Below are positions 21,144-33,055 of a stretch of DNA of 64,000 bases, one piece after another. Source of the stretch: a virus (Duplodnaviria; Caudoviricetes); the IMG/VR virus record IMGVR_UViG_3300013121_000027, positions 32,001 through 96,000 of that record; one strand, 5' to 3'. The position numbers and the translations under genes were made by a program. The stretch's first letter is position 1, and every line of letters begins with the position of its first letter. The notes beneath the pieces were generated by a model. That model worked only from the letters and a program-made list of their open reading frames with translations. It had not been told where the DNA came from and ran no database searches.

Positions 21144-22698
21144 TTTCCCTTTAGAAAGAATTATATGCTGCCCTCTTCTATCGTTCAGGATAAGGTTTCT
21201 GCTGTACTTAATAGATCTCCAGAAACTGTATTTATACAGCTTCCAGTAACTTATCAAGTTTTAAACCAACATTTGTGGATTTGTTTTGTTGCTGAAACTC
21301 TATTTGGACAACAAGATTTACGTCCAACCTTTATTACAGGTATGTGTCCAAAGTGGAAAAATTATAATCTTTTTCTTGAATTCTTTTATAGCTATCTTAA
21401 ATCTAATGGATCATTAAAGGGTATATTAGGTCCTGTAATAAAAGATTTAGATGATGTTGAATTGGATAATGTTCTTAATTATGGCATTGAGTTAAAATGT
21501 CATTATAGAGATATTATTCATAAAATGCAACAAGAAGTTGATTTCTTTTTGGATGAACTAAATGTCACTTCTCTTCCTACTGCATATCTTCATATGTTTC
21601 ATGAATGGTATGATCTTATGTTTGAGAAGACTTCTGATATTCATCGAAATGCATACTATTTCTATGCTCAGGGTAAAATAGAAATTTCTGAAATGCATGC
21701 ACTTTTACTGGCACAGCCAGTAACTATAGAAACGCTTGCGATTAAAAAAGAAAAAGTACAACATAATTGCGTATGGGAATACGATCAACTATCTAATGAA
21801 CTTGTTTGTACTTGCGGTAGTCGCCGGTCAATTTATGCATACTGAGGGTAAATGTCTTTTCCAACATTCTTAAATATAGATTCTTTAGTTAATGAAGCAA
21901 AAGATTATCTTGAAACTGAAATAACTTTTGGTCGTAAAGTTAAACCAATCTTTACTGTTTGTAAAATTGATCAAAAACTTTTAACAGTTAAACTTCCTTT
22001 AGTTGATAGCTACGATCAAAGGCTTGAAACATTAACTCAACTTTCTTGGTTGAGTACCTCTCTTGGAACTGATTGTCTTTTGTTTGCAATTGACTCTTCT
22101 CTTACTCTTCCAAATGATAAGGGAGAACTTATTGATCAAGATGTTTTCTTAGTCTTCTATTCTAATAAAATGGGAGCTATGTTAACTCCCTTGTTTTATA
22201 GTTTTGATCCAGAATTGAATAAATTTCAATGGATTGATAAAAAAATAGATGAGAAAATAATCACAGATACTCAAAAGCGTATTATTCTATTTTTAGGTTC
22301 TCAATTCTTTTTCCCTCCATATTCACATCCTTGGAAAGAATACGTTAAGTATTTGGATTCTAAAGGATTTGAATTCGTATACCATCATCCATTCTCTGAG
22401 CTTATTGTTGAATATGCTCAAGATTGTCTCTATTCTCCTTAGAAAGAAAAGAAAATGGCTCAAGGATTTATCTTAGATGGTGGCACATTAAAAGACGTCT
22501 TTATTTATGAAGGCGAACGTATCGCCGTAGAATATCCAGATGGCACTACGTTTGAAGTTCCTTCGGACAAAGTGCATATGATGCTGAAACCCTCCGTTTT
22601 GCCTTCTGGCGAAACTTGCCATATTTTAATGGAAAAATCCCCAGTAACACGTCTACCACTTGTAGTGTTAGAATAACCACAGAAAGAAAATAGCTATC

Positions 22699-22899
22699 AT
22701 GAAGAAGAGTACTTTCCAGTATGATATTTGGCTGCGCGATGCCAAGGATTCCGCCAAGGACATTCATGTCACTAAGGATGGTCCCGTAACTATCGAAGCT
22801 ACCAGTCAGGCTGCAGCTCGTGACAAGGCTGTTCGCGCGGTTCCCGCCGAGTTCGAGGATCGTCTGGACGAACTGGACATCCTCGTTCGTGCATTCTAA
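22699..22899 (+). CDS. Small protein; paralog of the N-terminus of 23417-23929
   Basis: MKKSTFQYDIWLRD...EATS..AA...A.R...VRAF vs MKKQTYQYTIYYRD...EAVS..HA...A.R...VKPF. Confidence 0.75.
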   Translation: MKKSTFQYDIWLRDAKDSAKDIHVTKDGPVTIEATSQAAARDKAVRAVPAEFEDRLDELDILVRAF

Positions 22900-22944
22900 A
22901 AAGGATTTTATTCCTTTCTGATTTTTTCTATTACTATTTAATAC

Positions 22945-23454
22945 ATGAAAGAATTTTTATGTACTAAATGCAATCAAATAAAATCAGAATCAGAATTTAA
23001 ATTCTATAAAAGTGGTAAGAAAAAAGGTTCAAGACGCGCTTGGTGTTCTGACTGTGAACGTTCATATCAGAATTATAGATATCATAATCGTCCATTTGAG
23101 AAAAATAGATATGATGAAACTTATAGGCGTAAGGTTTATCTAAAACAGTGTCTTTTTTGGGAATATTTAAGTCTTAATCCATGCGTTAAATGTGGCGAAA
23201 CTAATCCTCTCACTCTACACATAGACCACATAGACCCCCTTAAAAATTCTAAAGTTAAACGGATCGCAAGTATGGTATCAAATGGTACCGCTTGGGCTAC
23301 TGTTTTAAGGGCTATTGAAGAACAGGGCTGTCAAGTTCTTTGTTCAAATTGCCACTCAATAAAAACTCATCAAGACAACAATTCTTGGCGATGGAAGAAA
23401 TGGATATTACTTCAAAATGAAGAAACAGACATACCAATACACGATTTATTATAG
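22945..23454 (+). CDS. HNH endonuclease
   Basis: CTKC...CSDC; CVKCG...LHIDHIDP...CQVLCSNCHSIKT. Confidence 0.85.
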   Translation: MKEFLCTKCNQIKSESEFKFYKSGKKKGSRRAWCSDCERSYQNYRYHNRPFEKNRYDETYRRKVYLKQCLFWEYLSLNPCVKCGETNPLTLHIDHIDPLKNSKVKRIASMVSNGTAWATVLRAIEEQGCQVLCSNCHSIKTHQDNNSWRWKKWILLQNEETDIPIHDLL

Positions 23455-23929
23455 AGATCCGCAAGATAACACAAAAGATAAGGCTCTTTCTCCAATTAAA
23501 TCTGTTGAGGCAGTAAGTGAAGAGCATGCTAAGCGAATTGCTATCCGTTCACTCGGTGCTGAGTGGGACGAAAAACTTCATTTTATTGAATTAACAGTTA
23601 AGCCCTTTCTGAGTTCGCCAGAAAAAGCAGAAGCGGCAACGTCTTCCTTGGCTAGCGTTATTGCTGCCGAGGGGGGCAGGACTCCTCCGATCCCTCCACT
23701 TCCTGCTTCTTCTGGCGCTTGGCAAATAACCGAACTTGATAAGCAAGACGGATTTAGGACTTTTGCTGCCGTTAAAGGCATTAGGCTTCTTTATACGTTC
23801 AGTGTTCGCCCTCAAACAAATGGCATAGGCGTTTTTCCGATTAAACAATATTCTATAGATGCTTATCAACATGTCGCTGACGCCGCAGCAGCCGTCTTTA
23901 GTCACTGCATGAAAAACAATATTCGGTAA
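23417..23929 (+). CDS. Hypothetical protein with an N-terminal domain paralogous to 22699-22899
   Basis: Visible similarity to the 66 aa ORF upstream of the HNH. Confidence 0.65.
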   Translation: MKKQTYQYTIYYRDPQDNTKDKALSPIKSVEAVSEEHAKRIAIRSLGAEWDEKLHFIELTVKPFLSSPEKAEAATSSLASVIAAEGGRTPPIPPLPASSGAWQITELDKQDGFRTFAAVKGIRLLYTFSVRPQTNGIGVFPIKQYSIDAYQHVADAAAAVFSHCMKNNIR

Positions 23930-23949
23930 TAAAATAAAAGGTATAAACT

Positions 23950-24423
23950 ATGACTACAATTCAAACTAATCTTACTGACCGGCAAATCACTATGATGGGC
24001 GGTGATCCTAATGCTTCAGTAGAGATTTTGGATGTTATCCAACTTGTCACTGATCACGCTAGCATTACTGAAATCACTGCTATCGTTCAACGTGATCTCG
24101 TCAAAGTAACTGGTACTGCTCGCCGTTCTCCAGAAGATAAGCCCAACCGTCAGATTGGTCAGATGCTTGCTACCGCTCGTGCGTATAACGCCCTTGGTAG
24201 GACCGTAGAGCGCCGTGCTCGTGGTCTCGTGGAGCACCATGCGGATATCAAGGTTCAGCGTCCTGTTCAGCGTCTAAAGTCTGAAATCTTCAAGCAGAGA
24301 ATTGCTGCTGTCGCTTCTGCTGATGATAACGTCCAAAAGGCTGTTATTCGTCAGATTCGTGAACAAGAAGGTACTTGGGTTCCCAAGGCTATGCGGGCGG
24401 CTCAACATGAGCCAACAACCTGA
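23950..24423 (+). CDS. DUF1876/Rv2632c-like dsRBD-fold protein
   Basis: GTARRSPED.PN.QIG..LA.ARA. Confidence 0.7.
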   Translation: MTTIQTNLTDRQITMMGGDPNASVEILDVIQLVTDHASITEITAIVQRDLVKVTGTARRSPEDKPNRQIGQMLATARAYNALGRTVERRARGLVEHHADIKVQRPVQRLKSEIFKQRIAAVASADDNVQKAVIRQIREQEGTWVPKAMRAAQHEPTT

Positions 24424-24648
24424 ACCATCTTTTAAGGCATATCCCATTTGTTGTAGTTGTGGTGAATTAATAGTAGAAGAAGATGCTTTTTCTGCTCATA
24501 TTCACCATGACTACGACACGTGCGATTTCTTTCCTTTTGATAAGGAAACTGCAGAAGTACAGATGCATGAATTGTCATGCAAATACGTTCTTTTTTATCA
24601 TGAGGAATGTTGTAGGAAATGCGGACATTATTTTGCTGGAGTATAAAA

Positions 24649-25260
24649 ATGTTAAGATATAAAATCACCAAACCATTTTTATCATGTGCTATTAATGGAT
24701 ATCTGAAAGTCCTGACTAAGCTTTCTAAAAAAGACTCTCAGTTTTACGTTTTCTTTTTTATGATTGCATTTCTTGCTATTAGATTAATATCGACTTTTCT
24801 TACTTTATTGTATACCAGTAATTTCGCTGAAGCTGGTTGGAATCTTGGCTTTGACGCTCTTTGGATATTTCTTGTCTTTGCAGATTGGAATTTTTCAAAA
24901 GAATCCTTTGATGCAGTAAAAGCTGCATATAAACCCAATACTATTGTTTCAATGCCTGAAGCTTTTCCTCATCGAAGTGGTAGATATCGTAATCACGCTT
25001 TAATGATAATGATCTTTGCGCTGACTGCTTTGCTTGCCTTCACATTTTCTATTATCGATTTAGTCGCTACGAATTATTTTACTAGCTTTAGTTATTTCCT
25101 TAGTGCTTTTTCTGCTTTGTGCTACTGTCTACAAGATTCTTTCTATTTCTTTTATGCTCAATCTATGCAGCCAACTCTTTTTGCTAAGGCAAAAGAGAAG
25201 ATTAAAAATAGTTTAGAAAATCGCCAAAGAACTCCTGTTCTCCTTCCAACTGGGGTATAA
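24649..25260 (+). CDS. Multi-pass membrane protein
   Basis: Four hydrophobic segments; GGAG RBS before ATG at about 24649. Confidence 0.6.
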   Translation: MLRYKITKPFLSCAINGYLKVLTKLSKKDSQFYVFFFMIAFLAIRLISTFLTLLYTSNFAEAGWNLGFDALWIFLVFADWNFSKESFDAVKAAYKPNTIVSMPEAFPHRSGRYRNHALMIMIFALTALLAFTFSIIDLVATNYFTSFSYFLSAFSALCYCLQDSFYFFYAQSMQPTLFAKAKEKIKNSLENRQRTPVLLPTGV

Positions 25261-25316
25261 TATAAATATGAATAAATATTGTCGAATATATAGCCATAGA
25301 GATTTTCCCCTCTCTA

Positions 25317-25392
25317 CTGGCTGTATCCCCTCAATCTTATAAATTGTTGAAAGGGTAGATGGTACACGTGGGTTCAATCCCCACCAGCCAGA
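25317..25392 (+). tRNA. Non-canonical tRNA-like RNA, anticodon TAT (Ile), no conventional D arm
   Basis: CTGGCTG/CAGCCAG-A acceptor; CAAT-CTTATAA-ATTG; GTGGG-TTCAATC-CCCAC; D-loop-like TAGATGG lies 3' of the anticodon arm. Confidence 0.7.
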
Positions 25393-25928
25393 CTCTTTTG
25401 CTTGAATATAGGTTCAATTTATGGCTATCCTAGATTTTGTTATTTATGAAGATGATTTTTTAAATCGAAGATTTTGTCGTGAAAAACGTAAATATACATC
25501 TGCTCATTGTGAACGTGACCCTTCTCATGTTGAACGTAATGAACAACATATAGGTCGAGACATACTTGGTAGATATCATTTTTGGGACTTGCGCATAGAA
25601 CAATTAACTCTCTTTTAGCTACAAGGAACTAAATGCTATTTAAATTAGAAGTTGGATCTGTTCATACAGAATATAAGTATAACCATACTGTTATTACTTA
25701 TGAGATTAAATATACCTGTTATATGACTCCAGATCTTACCGATACCTGGCACGAAAAGAATATGAAGCACTTGGTTGACGCTGCTTTTCCAGAAGTTGAG
25801 GAAGCTGGAAGTTTTGGAAGATCTCTTAATGTACGATTCGTAAAAGTTAGCAGTCCAGTTGAAGATGACCAAAAAAATTGGATTCATACTTACCATTTAG
25901 ATCGTGATGTTCCTGGAAATGACTAACT

Positions 25929-26813
25929 GTGGAAACTAAATTAGATAAAATTAAGTTGCCTGCAAAGCTTAATTTAGAACAAAAAAATCTTTTAAACTTC
26001 TTCAATGATTTTTCTGGGTTTAACCCTAATCTTATTAATACTTATTTTGATTTTAAGAGGGGACATTACTATTTTCTTTTTCATGTTCCACCTACTTCTC
26101 ATCTAACTCATTTCCATCTTTATACATCTGATTTTTCTTTGCAAGTTCCCTTTCCTCATATGTATTTCTTTCTTAGTTTTACTATGAAGAGAATTGGTAA
26201 TGCGAATCAACTTTATATAAATGGGTTTATTAGAGATTTATATTTTGTTTCTGAACATATATTTGATCAGGATTTAGAATTACTTCCTAAATATAAACAT
26301 ACTACCCCAAATATTAGTTCGTTTCTTCCAAATATTAGAGATGAACATGCTTGTCTTGGGTATTCTTACGCCCAATATCATGAAGAAGAAGATGCTCTTT
26401 CTATAGCTTTAGCAAGAGTTTTTCAAAATTTCTATAGCTCAGTCTTTAATACTGATATTATGGACTTGAATTCTCCATCTTTGCATTATCTTCTTAGTCG
26501 TTTTTCTAATAAAGTAAAATTTAACTCTGATGTTATAAAATATATTTTGGAAGCTATTTCTAAAAACGTCAATGTAGAATCTTATATCTATAATAAAGCA
26601 AATCAGTGGACTGAATTTTGGAAAGACTATCAAAAACTTTTAGAAGCTCTTTCTAATGAATTAGGTTTTTGGGATAAACCATATATTGGTAAATTCTCTT
26701 CTCGTAAACCTCATCTTACAAAACCTTATGATTTAGATCTTTCTTATATTCCATATTTGAAATATTCCGATATGATTAGCCTTATCTCTAAGGCAAAATT
26801 CGATTATCTCTAA
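25929..26813 (+). CDS. Prokaryotic E2-like (Prok-E2_D / PRTRC protein B-like) protein
   Basis: VPFPHMYF...FLPNI....ACLG...FY.S.FNTD. Confidence 0.55.
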   Translation: METKLDKIKLPAKLNLEQKNLLNFFNDFSGFNPNLINTYFDFKRGHYYFLFHVPPTSHLTHFHLYTSDFSLQVPFPHMYFFLSFTMKRIGNANQLYINGFIRDLYFVSEHIFDQDLELLPKYKHTTPNISSFLPNIRDEHACLGYSYAQYHEEEDALSIALARVFQNFYSSVFNTDIMDLNSPSLHYLLSRFSNKVKFNSDVIKYILEAISKNVNVESYIYNKANQWTEFWKDYQKLLEALSNELGFWDKPYIGKFSSRKPHLTKPYDLDLSYIPYLKYSDMISLISKAKFDYL

Positions 26814-27282
26814 GGTAAAATTCCAATAGTCAATTCAAAAAATTGATAAAAAATTTTTGGTCGAAATCGACTTTTTAAAAGTCAAATTTTTTCTGGAAGA
26901 AAAATAAAAGCTATTGTTCATAAAAGCTATCAATGTTTTAAATTTTCCCAATTACTTTTATGAATGGATAGTTTAATGGGTCGCAAGAATAATAATTCGG
27001 TTTTATCCGATGTTATTGATTCTCGATATGAAGGTGCCTCTTCTCGTAAACGTACCTCTATGGATAATGCTGAACAATCTAAGCCCGGCAATAATATAAA
27101 GGATCCAGTTCGCTGTCCTTTATGTTCTGCAAAGCTTCTATGTCCACGTAATAAAGACTATGAAGAATTTATAGAGAACAAGATTTTACGCTGTACCACA
27201 AGCGGGGATCCCATTTGTAAGGCTGCTTGTTCTAATCCTAAAAACCAGGACTATATAGCTAAGCTAAAGAAGCGAGCTCACA

Positions 27283-28305
27283 ATGACTGAGATCGCTATT
27301 AAAGCCGTTAAAGCTAAGCCCGCTAAAAAAGAAGTTTCATTTTCTGATTTTCTTTATCAATCTATAGATGAACTCGTACAAGATGTTAGATTTACAAGCT
27401 CTAACTTGATAGCTGCTAATGTTGTGGGTTCTAATATAGGTAAAGGACTTGGGAGATTCTCGATTAATTTTATTTACTCTCTTGTTCCTGAAGTAAGAAA
27501 TGTCTTTTATACCTTTAGGGAAATAACAGCTGAAAAACTTGATAAAACATTTGCTATTCCATTTCCCAATAGATATCTTTCTATTCCATTAAGTTTTTCA
27601 AGTACTACATCTAATTATGGTGGAAAAACTGAAATAGCTGTTAGTTATTCTGCAAAAATTGGATTCTTACTTTATTCTGCTTTACATCAACATGACTTAG
27701 CCAAGCAGACACTTAATTTAAAATCTCATATAGGATCATTTTTATCTAATTCAAGATTCTATAACAGTGATTTAACTTTCTGTTCTGCTTGGGGATATAA
27801 CAAAAATTATAAGACTCATACCAAAGATCATTTGACTGAAGCCATCTATCAAACCCTTCAAAATTATTATTGGTCTCAATACAATAATCATTGGTTTGAA
27901 AATTGTTTACGTTCTCCTTCTATATTTTTGATGATGCGAGATTTATCCAAGGGTATAAAGTTTGAAGGTGTTGCCTTTCAAAAGATGCAAAAATTGAGTA
28001 AGACTAAACTTGCCACTCATGATGGATACATTAAGTCTGCATATTTTGCTCATGTTTATGGACTTCAACAAAATGAATGGAATAATCATCCCTCAATTTC
28101 CATGATAAAAGATTATTATAAATTACTTGAAGCTCTTCAAAAAGTTCCTGATTATTGGAATAATCTTTCCGAAAAAAAACACATAGTTGCCCCATTGGGT
28201 GGATTACTTAACTCTTTTTACCAAACTAAGAATCTTATTTATTTCAATGCAGAAAATCCAAAAGCATTTGTGGATTCACTACATAAAGCATTAACAAAGG
28301 CGTAA
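27283..28305 (+). CDS. Divergent prokaryotic E2-like protein
   Basis: FAIPFPNRY...FLSN.....TFC...YYWS.YNNH, in the same motif order as the other E2-like ORFs. Confidence 0.4.
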   Translation: MTEIAIKAVKAKPAKKEVSFSDFLYQSIDELVQDVRFTSSNLIAANVVGSNIGKGLGRFSINFIYSLVPEVRNVFYTFREITAEKLDKTFAIPFPNRYLSIPLSFSSTTSNYGGKTEIAVSYSAKIGFLLYSALHQHDLAKQTLNLKSHIGSFLSNSRFYNSDLTFCSAWGYNKNYKTHTKDHLTEAIYQTLQNYYWSQYNNHWFENCLRSPSIFLMMRDLSKGIKFEGVAFQKMQKLSKTKLATHDGYIKSAYFAHVYGLQQNEWNNHPSISMIKDYYKLLEALQKVPDYWNNLSEKKHIVAPLGGLLNSFYQTKNLIYFNAENPKAFVDSLHKALTKA

Positions 28306-28923
28306 GATGACAAATTTAACTGAAGTTCAAAATACTGAAGTAGTAGATGAAGAAGAATTTGATACATCTTCAGAAGCTGTTATGTATATAGAGCAGCTTC
28401 TGAAACAAGATCCACTAAATCTTTTTCCTATTATACCTGGAGCATTTGACACAGAAATTCAATTTCAAGAGCTTCTAAATTTCCTAGTCAGTCAATCATA
28501 TGTTTATGCTCCTGATGCTAAAAATGAAGATGATATAGTCTTTGATAGTGACACATATGCAGCTCTTCTTGAAAAAGTCTTAGCATCTATGTATAGTTAT
28601 TTTAATTTCACTGCTCAAATCCTAGGCTTAGCTAAGTTATATACTAATAATTTAACTAATTCTAATTTAATACCTATAGATCTTGAAGCTAAGAAATATG
28701 GAATAAAGATTGACGATTTATTTAAGTCTCCAGATATTCCTATTTATCTTTTCGTTAAAGCTTTATTTAAATTTGATTCTCAAAAGCAACTATATCCTAA
28801 CGTCTATAATATTGACAATATTATGAATTTCTATTCTATTCTTCCATCATCTATGCGTGATTTTCTCAATAAAGATATGGAAAAAATAATAAAAAAAGTT
28901 TATCCAGCGGAATCACAATAATT

Positions 28924-29385
28924 ATGGCGGCTGCTTCTTACATTCAAGCATTTATAGATGGCGCGACAAGAAATCAAGGAACTGGTCGTAAGACCGATTC
29001 TGCTTGTGCTTGCGTTATCTATCATAACAGAAAAGAAGTAGTTAGATTTGCAAGACCTATTGGGTCAAGAACTAACAATGCAGCTGAATACGAGGCATTG
29101 ATTCAATGTCTTTTAATTTGCTCTATGAGTGACTTTAATCGTCCCATTATTTATTCTGATTCTGCTGTAGTAGTTAATCATACTAAGGGTATATGGAAGT
29201 GTAGATCTGAAGATCTTCTTCCTTATTACATGACTGTTAAACAACTACAAGAAGAAAATCCATTTGATATAGTTCAAGTTCCAAGAGATAAAGTATGGCT
29301 TCCAGATAGACTTTGTAATGAGGCATTAGATCAATTGGAAGAGCAAAGGAATTTACTTAAATTAATTTCTGTTAGGAATGAGTAA
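28924..29385 (+). CDS. rnhA: Ribonuclease HI
   Basis: FIDGA, TNNAAEYEAL, YSDS.VV, VPR...D.L.N.ALD catalytic motifs. Confidence 0.9.
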   Translation: MAAASYIQAFIDGATRNQGTGRKTDSACACVIYHNRKEVVRFARPIGSRTNNAAEYEALIQCLLICSMSDFNRPIIYSDSAVVVNHTKGIWKCRSEDLLPYYMTVKQLQEENPFDIVQVPRDKVWLPDRLCNEALDQLEEQRNLLKLISVRNE

Positions 29386-30105
29386 TTAATATGAATTATG
29401 ACGATGATGATATCTTTAAGAAAAATGATGACGATATTCTTCAAACATCTTCATTTTCTTCTTCAGAACGCGTAAGAGGTCTTAATGTCCCAGGTTATCT
29501 TCGTGATGCTCTTGAGCGTTATATAAAAGATAATCCTGGTTTTGGAAATTCATTTAAGCAATTTCAAAATAATGAATTTAAGAATATCTATAAAGTTATA
29601 GATCTCTTTTCTTCTGTTCAAAAGATGTTGATTAAATTTGCTCCCGATACTTCTTATGGACCTCTTGCCAGGGCTTTAACTCATGTTCTTGATAGCGCTT
29701 ATGAAGGCGCTATTCAAAGAACCTATAAGGCTATCGTTATAGAGTCTGATCTTATTGCTCTTCATATGAACTTGAATTTCTTGTCTTCAACTCAAGAAGC
29801 TATTATAAATTCAGGACAAGAACTTCATGAAGCTGGTGAAATCTTTTATCAATTTCTCCTTACTTCAATAGAATTAACTATTTTCTGCATTAAACAAAAG
29901 GCGATAGATTACGTCTCCGCTTGTGAAACTTCTAATCTTAAACCAGATACTAATATAATTGAATATGGTTTTCGTAAAGAAGCAGATTTTCCATTTGATG
30001 TAGGAACTAAAGCTTATACTATAGGATATCATTATATTTATGGAGATGTCAGAGATGTTTCCGTAAATTACGAAGCCTCCATACGAAATAACTTCATTAA
30101 GTATT

Positions 30106-30630
30106 TTGTTCCAATGTTGTATAAAGATGAGGCTAAGGCATATGAGTCAATCTCCGCTAATATTGCCTGAAGAACGAATCCAAGGTACTTATCCGGAATT
30201 TCAAAAAGAAATAAAACAACGTTCAATTGAATGTCAAATAGCATTAGATAATGATGCAGCTTGCCGACGACAAGGGCTTCATCCGTATTTTCTAAATCCA
30301 GCTAAAGCTCAATTTGTTATTCAAACTTTCTGTAAGGAATGTTTGGTTCGACAATATTGTTTAGATCTTGCCTTAATAGATCAAATAGAACCTGGAACTT
30401 GGGGTGGCTTTGATGAATTTTATAGAAAAGGAATTCTTACTGCCACAAGACGAGAATTTTGCGCTAAAAACCCAGACGTAAGTCCATCTATTCTTCCATC
30501 TCATCATCCTGATTTTTGGAATCTACTTCAGCTTAGATTTACTCAGGCTGCTAAAAGTCCTAAAAGACTTTATACCAAGCTTGGAATACCTCTTAGAAAA
30601 AGTAAAGATAAGAATTATTTAGCTCTTTAA
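30106..30630 (+). CDS. WhiB-family Fe-S transcription factor (true start probably ATG 30142)
   Basis: AAC...C..C.VR..CL..AL...GTWGG. Confidence 0.8.
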   Translation: MFQCCIKMRLRHMSQSPLILPEERIQGTYPEFQKEIKQRSIECQIALDNDAACRRQGLHPYFLNPAKAQFVIQTFCKECLVRQYCLDLALIDQIEPGTWGGFDEFYRKGILTATRREFCAKNPDVSPSILPSHHPDFWNLLQLRFTQAAKSPKRLYTKLGIPLRKSKDKNYLAL

Positions 30631-31348
30631 TACAATAAGATACGATACATAGTCATTTAACTTCAATCGAAAGACTCCATGTACGTGTCCTCAAATCAAT
30701 CATTATATAAGGCTATCTATTTTCAAATTTCGAAACATATTGATAATCTTACAGAAAAAATTTTCATCACTAATAATTTAAAATTTCTGGATTTACAAGT
30801 AACGCAACGACTCATAAGAGTTTTTACGTCTTTGTTATCTTTCTTGGCTACTTTGTATGAATTTGTATATTACTGCATTTCAATGCGATTTACCCAATTG
30901 ATTGTCTAACAACTTTTAAGGAGTTCTTCTGCATGTTTGACATTGAGAATATATCTACAGGCATTGACAAGCCGGTTGATCCAGCTGATAAAGATTTTAA
31001 GTTTTCTTTTCAAGTTGGATCTCATCCCGATTTTCTATCTCAAAAAATAGATTACCGCAATGCTTTAGCAAGTAGATTAGAGCGTTTGATCACGGAACCT
31101 ACTGTAGATGGTCATCCCTATATTCAATACTTGTTTAAAAATATTGAGCGTCCAACCTCAGAAGAACTCCTTATTTTATCTAAGGCTTTAGAACGTATTA
31201 GCCAACTTATTGAACCTTTTAGAAAGCTTGATGAAGAAGTAAAGGGATTGGTATGGGCAAGAGAAAATGCAAAGTTAGTTGCGTGTGCTTTTGGAGATTT
31301 TCCAGTCCCTGACATTCAAGATTTTCTTAACCCCTGAAATTATACTGT

Positions 31349-33055
31349 ATGAAATATGTAATAGATACCGAAAATAAAACCGTTATAGGTCCATTATCTA
31401 ATCTTGAAAAAGCTGCCGATACTTTTTCTTTTCCTGTTGCGAAACTAATTGAAAATGCATCTGCTCTTGCTCGAATTGAAACTGGTCTTCTTCCAGTCCA
31501 AGGCTCTGGACTCGTTTCTTATCGAGCAGCTGCTGAGCATGAACAAATTGTGATTCAATTAGAACCTGGTATTTATACTGTAAAATGGGGACAAAGAGAA
31601 CGCGATGTCAATGCTCAGCTTTTTAGCTTAGCAATGCCTTATCGTATAATTATTGCTGATTTTTATAAAAATGAATTTTTGGGTTCCCGTCATTTCTTTT
31701 CTATGACTCCAGCTTACTCTTGGGATCTTCAACTCTATGTAACTGGATTCTCCAATACAAATAATCTCGGCTATGCCGATACTTCTATTGGTTGGATTTG
31801 TCATTATCATAATAATGCGGGTAAAGAATGTAAAAATCTTAGTGAAAAGATTGACTATGTAATAGATCGTGAATCTGGATTAGGCGAGCCATATAACTAT
31901 AATAATATGAGCGAAACCGATGGTCCTAAATTCTATAGCAAGTTTATGCCCACTAAAACTCATTTTCATAATGCAAGTCATTGGGCGAATAAAACTTCTA
32001 AAGAGGGATTGGATTGGGTTTTCGATCCATCTAATTTTATTCCTTATTCTACTATTGCAACCGATGCTTTCGCCGCTAAAGAATATGTAGATCCTGCTCA
32101 AAAGGGAGCAAAACTATATACTCTTTATGATGCTACTCATAAGCAATATATACCTTATTATCCTCATAGAATTCCATATGCCAAAGAGTTAAAGCCATTC
32201 AATCAATCAATTACCGACATTAATCCTACTCCTTCTTTAACTTCTTTATTATTTACTTTAAAAAGAGATCCAGTAAAATTTGTTCCTCTTTTACAGCAAG
32301 AAGAATTTGGTATAGATATTGCTTCCTTTGAATTTTCCCAAAAAGCTCTTCAAATAAAAAATATTCTTGAAAGTAAAATCTGTCCTCACTGTAATAAAAT
32401 ATTCCCTCAAATGGAAAAATTTACTTCTGTTCTTGTCGGCATTGATACCGTTGAAAAAATAGTGACAGAAAGTGACATGTGGTGTACGCATTGTGTCGCT
32501 ACTTCAACTGCTCAAATCGATATTCATGGAGATACTTTTCCTGCATCTACAGATATATTGCTTTGGAGCGAGCACTATAGTCTATACTTCCTACCCTTTG
32601 ACATTACTGAATGTCCAGGTTGTGGAGAATGTCAGCCAAACAATATAGATACTTCTGACTTTTTTGTTTATGGATTGGATTTCGATAATCCCATTGGATG
32701 TGTTAACTGTCTATATTCTGAAGACGATGAAGCTCTTTATGTTTGGGATCCATTCATTAAAAAGTATTTCATTAACGAATTAGCAGTTGAAGTTCAAACT
32801 CTTCAGATGTTACCAGATCCTCAAACCTTAAAGATATCGGTTTGTCAAGCGCTACAACTTGTCCATCCTACAACCGCAGAACATATTTGTAATTGTGGCA
32901 TGTATATAGATGATCCACTTTCTAAGTGCGTAAGTAAAAAAAAAGAAGATAATTCTTTGACATGTGTCACGTGCGTGAATAAAGAACTTATATCTACAGG
33001 TCCACAAATCACTGAAGTTGTTTTAGATACCAAAGGAAAAACCATAGATGAATGA
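31349..33055 (+). CDS. E2-like (Prok-E2_D) domain fused to a Cys-rich multi-zinc-finger C-terminus
   Basis: LAMPYRIII...GFSN......GWICHY...YNYN, followed by several CxxC pairs; first gene of the JAB/E1/Ubl operon. Confidence 0.6.
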   Translation: MKYVIDTENKTVIGPLSNLEKAADTFSFPVAKLIENASALARIETGLLPVQGSGLVSYRAAAEHEQIVIQLEPGIYTVKWGQRERDVNAQLFSLAMPYRIIIADFYKNEFLGSRHFFSMTPAYSWDLQLYVTGFSNTNNLGYADTSIGWICHYHNNAGKECKNLSEKIDYVIDRESGLGEPYNYNNMSETDGPKFYSKFMPTKTHFHNASHWANKTSKEGLDWVFDPSNFIPYSTIATDAFAAKEYVDPAQKGAKLYTLYDATHKQYIPYYPHRIPYAKELKPFNQSITDINPTPSLTSLLFTLKRDPVKFVPLLQQEEFGIDIASFEFSQKALQIKNILESKICPHCNKIFPQMEKFTSVLVGIDTVEKIVTESDMWCTHCVATSTAQIDIHGDTFPASTDILLWSEHYSLYFLPFDITECPGCGECQPNNIDTSDFFVYGLDFDNPIGCVNCLYSEDDEALYVWDPFIKKYFINELAVEVQTLQMLPDPQTLKISVCQALQLVHPTTAEHICNCGMYIDDPLSKCVSKKKEDNSLTCVTCVNKELISTGPQITEVVLDTKGKTIDE

